Positions 9,782 to 15,488 of a stretch of DNA of 15,488 nucleotides are shown one piece after another. Made by a program: the position numbers and the translations under genes. How positions within the stretch are numbered: the first letter of the stretch is position 1; each line of letters begins with the position of its first letter. Source of the DNA: Azolla caroliniana (taxonomy: Eukaryota > Plantae > Polypodiophyta); NCBI GenBank assembly GCA_043228905.1, contig JBHGNT010000799.1, forward strand, positions 1-15,488, in the 5' to 3' direction. The notes under the pieces are model-generated. The model ran no database searches. It had not been told where the DNA came from and saw only the letters and a list, made by a program, of their open reading frames with translations.

Positions 9782-9940
9782 CACATGGCATTTACTTTAG
9801 TTGCATGGCCTCCACATTCAATTGGATGCGTCCACATGAGGTTTACTTTAGTTGCATGGTCTCCAAGCTTAGTTGCATGCGTTTACACTTGTTCCCTCTC
9901 CACACTTAGTTGCATGCATTCACATGACCTTTACTTTAGT
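9782..9940 (+). repeat. 51-bp degenerate tandem repeat (CACATG..TTTACTTTAGTTGCATGG..CTCCA..TAGTTGCATGC)
   Basis: Units at 9782 and 9833 plus a partial copy from ~9898. Confidence 0.85.
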
Positions 9941-10442
9941 TTAATTTACTTTACTTTCTTTCGCCGCATGATACTATCATCCATAAAGTTCGGCCCATGC
10001 ATGATCCGTCTATCTCAACCGTCGCCCATCCGATCCGTCCAAGTTGCATTCGGCCCGATCCGTCTGGTCTGGTTCCGTCACCGTTCGTCTATCCGTCCAA
10101 AACTATTACATGTGTTTAAGCAACATCAATCCATCCGGATAGTGCAACCCAAGTTCAACCATTCCTTCTATACTCTTAACACATAAATATAAACATATGG
10201 TTCTAGATCTACTTATATAGTGCTTGATCCAAAAGTTTCCCATCTATGTGGGATATTTCACAATTCTGTTTTCCTTATCTTCCCAAACTTCATATTAACA
10301 TAACTTGATATGTAGTTGTCCATTTTATATGTAGTAAAATGCAGTTTGAAGCTCTTGAAGATATCCATATTTTTATACCAAACCATTAAGCTCATCTAAA
10401 ATAATTATTTCATTATTTTTTATATTGTGTGTGAAGAACCAT

Positions 10443-11344
10443 ACGACACCATTTAAACTCATGCATACCGATGTATGCTCTGTGGACACGAAGTCACATG
10501 CCAGATCGAAATACTTCTTGACTTTTATAGATGACCACAACCAGAAGCTATAGATCTCCACGCTGAAGAAGAAGGACCATGTATTGTCCGTCTTCAATGA
10601 GTTTCATGCGAGAGTAGAAAGAGAAACCGATCGGAAGTTGAAAGTAGTCCGAGCAGACAATGGAGGCGAGTACTGAGGGAGTTCGAGGAGTATTGCCAGT
10701 CGAAGGGAATCCGGCTCGAGTACACTGTGCCGAAAACGCTAGCCGAGAGAATGAATCAGACTGTAATGGAGAGGGTCCGCAGTATGGTTGCACATGCCAA
10801 GCTGTCCAAGATGTTTTGGGTTGAGGTGCTGATGACAACAACGTACGTGATAAGCAGATCACCCTCAACACCCTTGGACGGAGACAGACCACCGAGAGTA
10901 TGGACCGGTAAAGATGTTTCTTATCGACATCTAAAGGTATTTGGGTGTCTCACTTACGTGCATATCGCAAAGGACAAACAGGGAAAACTGGACTCGAAAA
11001 CTCGGCCATGTATATTCCTTGGATACGACGACGATGAGTTCGGCTACCGGTTGTGGAAGACTTGATCATCGTCGACTGGGAATCAGTGAAGAAGATGCCC
11101 TCCTCCGAGTTGACCGACAGAGATCGGTTGGAAGATACAAAGATCCATCCAATCAGAAGCCAAATGTCAACCGAAGACCATAGTGAAAAGGCTAGACTCA
11201 AACAAAGAACTAAACCAACCGAAGAAGGATCAGACGTTGGAACTGGACAAGAACCCGAATCAGATTCGAATGAAGAATCGACTGAAGAACCGGTGGCTCA
11301 AAATCAAGATAAAAGATAACCCTTTACAGAGAGAAGGCCCTAGA
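10443..11344 (+). pseudogene. Ty1/copia (Tnt1-like) integrase remnant and downstream linker
   Basis: FKLMHTDVC...KYFLTFIDDH..KL*...KLKVVRADNGGEY* / EFEEYCQSKGIRLEYTVPKT-LAERMNQTVMERVRSM...HLKVFGCL...KLDSKTRPCIFLGY...GYRLW; contains stops, a frameshift and small deletions. Confidence 0.93.
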
Positions 11345-11368
11345 TGTCGTGACTCTTGAGTAGGAAGC

Positions 11369-11487
11369 AGAGAGAGAGAGAGAGATGGCGATAGAGATAA
11401 CGATAACGATAGAGATGGCGAGAGCGGTAGAGATAGCGATAGTGATAGCAAAAGAGAGTGAAAGAGGGAGAGAGTGCGAGAGAGAGA
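11369..11487. repeat. GA microsatellite and GATAGC/GATAAC hexamer tract in LTR R/U5
   Basis: Seen directly. Confidence 0.85.
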
Positions 11488-11612
11488 AAAGTATAAGTGA
11501 GAGATAAGAAATGGGAATGCGATTATATTATGAGAAAGAAGATTACAAGGAGTAGGCTAAGGGCTAAAGACTGGTGTTGAACCGAATGAGTTGTGATGAG
11601 TGTATGGACTCT

Positions 11613-11620
11613 TATTTATA
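11613..11620 (-). promoter_or_regulatory. LTR TATA box
   Basis: TATAAATA on the minus strand in mid-LTR. Confidence 0.7.
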
Positions 11621-11634
11621 GGCCCTTATGGAGT

Positions 11635-11654
11635 ATTCTAGAATGTTCTAGAAT
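11635..11654. promoter_or_regulatory. heat shock element, 4 perfect alternating nGAAn units
   Basis: aTTCtaGAAtgTTCtaGAAt, about 15 bp upstream of the TATA box. Confidence 0.7.
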
Positions 11655-11702
11655 ATTTTAGATATTTATGAATAATAATAATAATAAATATAATCATGAA
11701 AT

Positions 11703-11737
11703 ATTCAAGAACATTCTAGAATAATCTAGAATGTTCT
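11703..11737. promoter_or_regulatory. heat shock element, 7 alternating units with one mismatch
   Basis: aTTCaaGAAcaTTCtaGAAtaATCtaGAAtgTTCt. Confidence 0.7.
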
Positions 11738-11791
11738 AAATATCTCGTAATAACTAAACATATAATTATTATGATTACATCTCACATATGT

Positions 11792-11855
11792 TATTACAAT
11801 GGTTAAAGTACAATATGTAAACCAAGAGGTTATGGGTTCGATTCCTGGTTCGCCA
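11792..11855 (+). promoter_or_regulatory. tRNA-like A-box/B-box module, antisense in LTR U3
   Basis: TATTACAATGGTTAAAGTA (D-arm-like) ... TGTAAACCAAGAGGTTATG GGTTCGATTCC TGGTTCGCCA; consensus B-box at 11835-11845; D-loop GG to B-box spacing is 34 nt, as in tRNA genes. Confidence 0.6.
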
Positions 11856-11889
11856 AGATGAATGTCATGATAAGCCAAGATGTATGTCT

Positions 11890-14800
11890 TCATGACATTA
11901 TCCCCCCTTTTCGATGACGAGTTGCACGAGTCGGAAGGAAAGAGTTCAGACTTGGTTTATGAGGATATTGGTTGTGAAATGCAACAACCATGTCGGAGGC
12001 ATTGGCAAGATGTTCGGCAGGCTCCCATGTTCGATCATTAGGTGTATAGCCTAACCAATCAACCAAGTAGTATAGTTTGTTGCGAATGATCTTGGAGTCG
12101 AGGATAGCGGCAACCTCATATTCAGAGCCATTGGAAACGTCAATTGGAGGTGGGGGAGGTGTAACACGACCCGGAATAGAGCTCGTTGTGTAGGGCTCCA
12201 AAAGTGAAACATGGAAGACCGGGTGAAGACGCATATGAGGAGGAAGATCAAGACGAAATGTCACATCATTGATCTTACCACTTATGACATATGGGCCAAA
12301 ACGTTGATAATCCAATTTGTAGCAAGGTCGGGTCGTTTTAATGCTACCTTGTAAGAGCCATACACGATCGCCTACTTGAAATGTAGTCGATGAATCACGC
12401 CGATGACGGTCAGCAATCTTCTTTTGAGTGTTTTGGGCTTCACATAAATGATGCAAAAGCATATCCTGAACTTCTTGGAGTCGAGTGAGCCGATCTTCAG
12501 CAGTTGGGTTTTTTGGGAGTTCAGGATGTTCAAGCATCGTCCAACGAGGATGGTACCCAATGTTTGCAAAAAATGGGGAATATCCAGTAGAAGAATGCTC
12601 GGAGTTGTTATAAGCAAATTCTGCCAAAGGTAGTAAATCCACCCAATCATCTTCTTGATAGTTGACAAAACAACGTAGATATTGCTCGACTGTTTGGTTG
12701 GTGCGCTCACTCTGCCCATTAGTCTCTGGATGGTAGCCGGAAGAGAGTTTACAAGAAGTATGTAAGAGTTTGAACATGTGCCGCCAAAATTTCGAGATGA
12801 ATTGGGGACCCCGATCACTGATAATATCATCCGGAAGACCATGATGGCGAAACACCTCCCGCATGAGTAAATCAGCTGTCTCTTGACTAGTAATGGTCTT
12901 TGTGCATGGAAGGAAATGTGCCATCTTCGTAAAACGATCGACAACCGTGAGAATCGAATCAAATCCCTTGGAAGGTGGAAGATCCGTAATAAAGTCCAAG
13001 GAAATAGATTTCCATGGGCTCTCCGGAATAGGCATTGGCTGTAATAAGCCATATGGATGATGTCGAGGCTTTTTTGATCGGCAACATGTATCACAGCTAC
13101 GAACATAATCCGTAACAAAATGGCGAAGCCGTGGCCACCAATATCGGCGAGAAATCAACTCAAAAGTCTTGTGGATGCCGAAGTGTCCCGCCATTGGTGT
13201 GTCATGACATTGTTGCATGACTTTGAGTCGAGAAGGACCGTCAGGCACATACAAGAGAGTTTGTCGAAAAAGTAACCCATCATGCCAACTAAACTGGGTG
13301 TAGTCTAGACGAGGATTTTGAGTTTGGGAGCTAGATGCACGATTTGGGATAATATGGCTCAAAACCTCTTGGGCGAACGCATCAGTCGCAATCTGCTCAC
13401 GAATGGAATCAAGAAGCCTTGAATCTCCCGGTGTGTTGATGGTATGCATTGCCATTATTCGTAGACGATCAGGGCCTAAGAGGATTTGCTTTTGGCTTTC
13501 AAATGCGGCCTCTCCAGGTTGAAGTTCCATATACGAACGTCTAGATAAAGCATCTGCTTTTCCTTGTTGCATCCCAGGGCGATATAGAATTACAAAATCG
13601 AAACGAGTTAAGAACTGCGCCCAACGAGCTTGTCGTCGATTCAAGACTCGAGCACTTTGAAAGTATGTTAGATTTTTATGATCATTGTAGACAATAATCT
13701 GCTGAGAAGAACCCTCCAGAAAATGACGCCATTGTTGAAAAGAATCCACAATGGCAAGAAGCTCTTTGTCGTGAATCTCATAGTTGATTTCTGCGGCTTC
13801 AAATTTTCGTGAGTGAAAAGCCACCGGGTGCAGTTCACCATCATCACCAATTTGGGATAGTACACTTCCGAGTGCGAAATCCGATGCATCAGCTTCAAGT
13901 ATAAAGCGCCTCATTGGATCGACATGGATTAAGATTGGTGCGGATGTAAATGCTTGCTTTAAACCCTCAAATGCAGAGTTCGCATCTATACTCCATACAA
14001 ATGATCGATTCTTGTGCGTCAGTTGAGTGAGGGGCAACACAATTTTTGAATAATCTTTGATGAACTTGCGATAAAAGTTTGCGAACCCCAAAAAACATTG
14101 CACATCTCGCACGGACTGTGGTGTTTGCCAATCCAAAATTGTTTGAACCTTTGATGGATCCATAGAGATGCCATTTGAAGAGACTATGTACCCCAAAAAC
14201 TCCACTTGACATTGGTCAAAACTACACTTCTCCAATTTTGCATAGAGACCATACTCTCGTAGCCGTTGCAAAACTTGGCGAACATGTATATCATGTTCTT
14301 CTTGAGTTTTTGAGTAGATCAAGATATCATCCAGGTAAACAATGATGAAGATATCGAGGAAGTCTCGAAAAATATCATTCGCCATATTTTGGAAGACTGC
14401 TGGTGCATTCGTGAGGCCAAAAGGCATCACTATGTACTCAAAATGACCATAGCGAGTGCGGAACGCCGTCTTCCATTCATCCCCAGGACGAATTCGAACA
14501 AGGTTGTAGGCACCTCGAAGATCTAACTTCGTGAAATACTTTGCTTCACTGAGGCGTTCTAGAAGGCTTGAGATCAATGGGAGAGCATATCGGTTTCTAA
14601 CGGTCACTTTATTCAAGCCTCGATAATCCACGACCATACGAAGCGTACCATCTTTCTTCTTAACGAAAAAGATGGGTGCACCAGCAGGAGATTTTGAATG
14701 TTGGATAAAACCATTTGCCAAGTTCTCATTGATATATTCTCGAAGAACCTCTAACTCCGTGGGCGAAAGATTATAAATTGGTCCCCATGGAGGCTCTTTT

Positions 14801-15488
14801 CCTGGCTGCAAATCAATTGGGCAATCATATGGTCGATGCTCTGGTAGTCTATTAGCCTTCACCTTATCGAACACATCGGAGAATTCTATGTACTTCTTTG
14901 GTAGTTGGACCCCCAATTCTTGTGAGCTAGATGAGGGAGTTGCTAAAACCGCAAATACCATCATGTCTTCCTTTCTTCCATCCTCTCGTAATTGATGTAT
15001 AGAGATTGTTGAAATTGTGGGGGATCCTAGATCCTTAGTTGGAGCTTCAAGAGACTTGGATTGTACGGTGACCTCTTCAATAGTTCTTTTTCTCCAATCA
15101 ATGGTTGGGTTATGTAACTCAAACCAAGGAAGACCAAGAACTAGAGAGTGCTCCGGACTACTAATGATGTTAAATGAGATGACACTAGCCAAATTACCTA
15201 GGACTACACGAATTGGTTCAGACTCTTCGACTATATCTCCTGATGCTATAGGGCGACCATCGATGACTCCTACAGCTACTGGGTTTGGGAGTTTTTTCAA
15301 GATGATGTTTTGAGTCAATGCAAACTCGCGATCCATGAAACAAGAATTGGCTTCGGAATCTAGGAGGGCAGAGGCTAGGGCGCGATGACCTGTAGATGTG
15401 CTAAGCTCGACTTGTGCAGAAAAAACTCTACTAACTTGATTTGATGAAATGGAACCACAACTAGGTACTGACTCTACATAACTAGGAT
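11890..15488 (-). CDS. pol: Ty3/gypsy Pol polyprotein (protease, reverse transcriptase, RNase H, integrase, chromodomain), 5'-partial
   Basis: 1148-aa ORF; I translated the same frame upstream of 15336 and it stays open to the window edge (...ALASALLDSEANSCF-MD). RT YLDD at 14326-14337; RNase H EADASD/KELLA/NDHKNL/ADALSR at ~13540-13900; integrase HHCC, SLDF, SDRG, QSER, GPY at ~12280-13210; chromodomain YEVAAIL..YLVDWLGY..TWEP at ~11965-12123. The stop codon lies inside the LTR. Confidence 0.97.
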   Translation of the reverse strand, partial: PSYVESVPSCGSISSNQVSRVFSAQVELSTSTGHRALASALLDSEANSCFMDREFALTQNIILKKLPNPVAVGVIDGRPIASGDIVEESEPIRVVLGNLASVISFNIISSPEHSLVLGLPWFELHNPTIDWRKRTIEEVTVQSKSLEAPTKDLGSPTISTISIHQLREDGRKEDMMVFAVLATPSSSSQELGVQLPKKYIEFSDVFDKVKANRLPEHRPYDCPIDLQPGKEPPWGPIYNLSPTELEVLREYINENLANGFIQHSKSPAGAPIFFVKKKDGTLRMVVDYRGLNKVTVRNRYALPLISSLLERLSEAKYFTKLDLRGAYNLVRIRPGDEWKTAFRTRYGHFEYIVMPFGLTNAPAVFQNMANDIFRDFLDIFIIVYLDDILIYSKTQEEHDIHVRQVLQRLREYGLYAKLEKCSFDQCQVEFLGYIVSSNGISMDPSKVQTILDWQTPQSVRDVQCFLGFANFYRKFIKDYSKIVLPLTQLTHKNRSFVWSIDANSAFEGLKQAFTSAPILIHVDPMRRFILEADASDFALGSVLSQIGDDGELHPVAFHSRKFEAAEINYEIHDKELLAIVDSFQQWRHFLEGSSQQIIVYNDHKNLTYFQSARVLNRRQARWAQFLTRFDFVILYRPGMQQGKADALSRRSYMELQPGEAAFESQKQILLGPDRLRIMAMHTINTPGDSRLLDSIREQIATDAFAQEVLSHIIPNRASSSQTQNPRLDYTQFSWHDGLLFRQTLLYVPDGPSRLKVMQQCHDTPMAGHFGIHKTFELISRRYWWPRLRHFVTDYVRSCDTCCRSKKPRHHPYGLLQPMPIPESPWKSISLDFITDLPPSKGFDSILTVVDRFTKMAHFLPCTKTITSQETADLLMREVFRHHGLPDDIISDRGPQFISKFWRHMFKLLHTSCKLSSGYHPETNGQSERTNQTVEQYLRCFVNYQEDDWVDLLPLAEFAYNNSEHSSTGYSPFFANIGYHPRWTMLEHPELPKNPTAEDRLTRLQEVQDMLLHHLCEAQNTQKKIADRHRRDSSTTFQVGDRVWLLQGSIKTTRPCYKLDYQRFGPYVISGKINDVTFRLDLPPHMRLHPVFHVSLLEPYTTSSIPGRVTPPPPPIDVSNGSEYEVAAILDSKIIRNKLYYLVDWLGYTPNDRTWEPAEHLANASDMVVAFHNQYPHKPSLNSFLPTRATRHRKGGIMS
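11901..11912 (-). other. polypurine tract (gypsy)
   Basis: GAAAAGGGGGGA on the minus strand, 3 nt before the LTR. Confidence 0.88.

Larger units (their letters stand above)
9279..10440. mobile_element. repeat-rich non-coding insertion in copia gag, possibly a one-ended non-autonomous DNA transposon
   Basis: Starts CAAGGTTGTTAG; AAATAC/GTAT motif cluster, 27-bp and 51-bp tandem arrays, TCCGTC motif cluster; lies where copia gag/protease is expected. No matching second TIR seen. Confidence 0.4.
11345..11897 (-). repeat. 3' LTR (553 bp) of chromovirus
   Basis: Minus-strand start TGTCATGA directly after the PPT, end TCACGACA (7/8 inverted-repeat match); TATAAATA at 11613-11620; copia sequence stops exactly at 11344. 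Confidence 0.9.
11345..15488 (-). mobile_element. Ty3/gypsy chromovirus (Tcn1-like) LTR retrotransposon, 3' portion
   Basis: pol with PR-RT-RH-IN-chromodomain order, followed by PPT and 3' LTR. Confidence 0.97.

Noticed and set aside
11260-11451. 63-aa Ser/Leu-repeat ORF
   Set aside because: Translation of the GA microsatellite in the LTR.
11792-11855. Functional tRNA gene
   Set aside because: Acceptor and anticodon stems do not pair, the T-stem is imperfect and the segment after it is too short, so the terminal CCA may be chance. Kept only as a tRNA-like box module.
12051-15313. Alternative-frame and antisense ORFs within pol (e.g. 12372-13118, 248 aa)
   Set aside because: Shadow ORFs of a long coding frame, with no recognisable domains.

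Overview
Eukaryotic, repeat-dense DNA with no host gene detected. It looks plant-like, probably a non-seed plant such as a moss; that is an inference from the retroelement types. The window is a stack of nested LTR retrotransposons. (1) 1-1671 (+): the 3' end of a decayed Ty3/gypsy chromovirus derivative. It has a ~45-bp hairpin-unit tandem array containing two captured LTR promoter pieces, a chromodomain remnant, a PPT and a 460-bp LTR, and it is inserted into (2). (2) 1672-~3120 (+): a Ty1/copia 3' end with an RNase H remnant, a duplicated PPT and an LTR. (3) ~3120-8450: AT-rich, mostly unassignable DNA with small repeats. (4) ~8690-11344 (+): a second, Tnt1-like copia element with LTR, Met PBS, gag start, a repeat-rich insertion and an integrase remnant, interrupted by (5). 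(5) 11345-15488 (-): a young Tcn1-like chromovirus whose pol frame (PR-RT-RH-IN-chromodomain) is open to the window edge but whose protease motif reads DSE instead of DSG. Most notable: both gypsy LTRs carry an antisense tRNA-like A-box/B-box module at the U3 start, and the young LTR has near-perfect heat-shock-element arrays just upstream of its TATA box.
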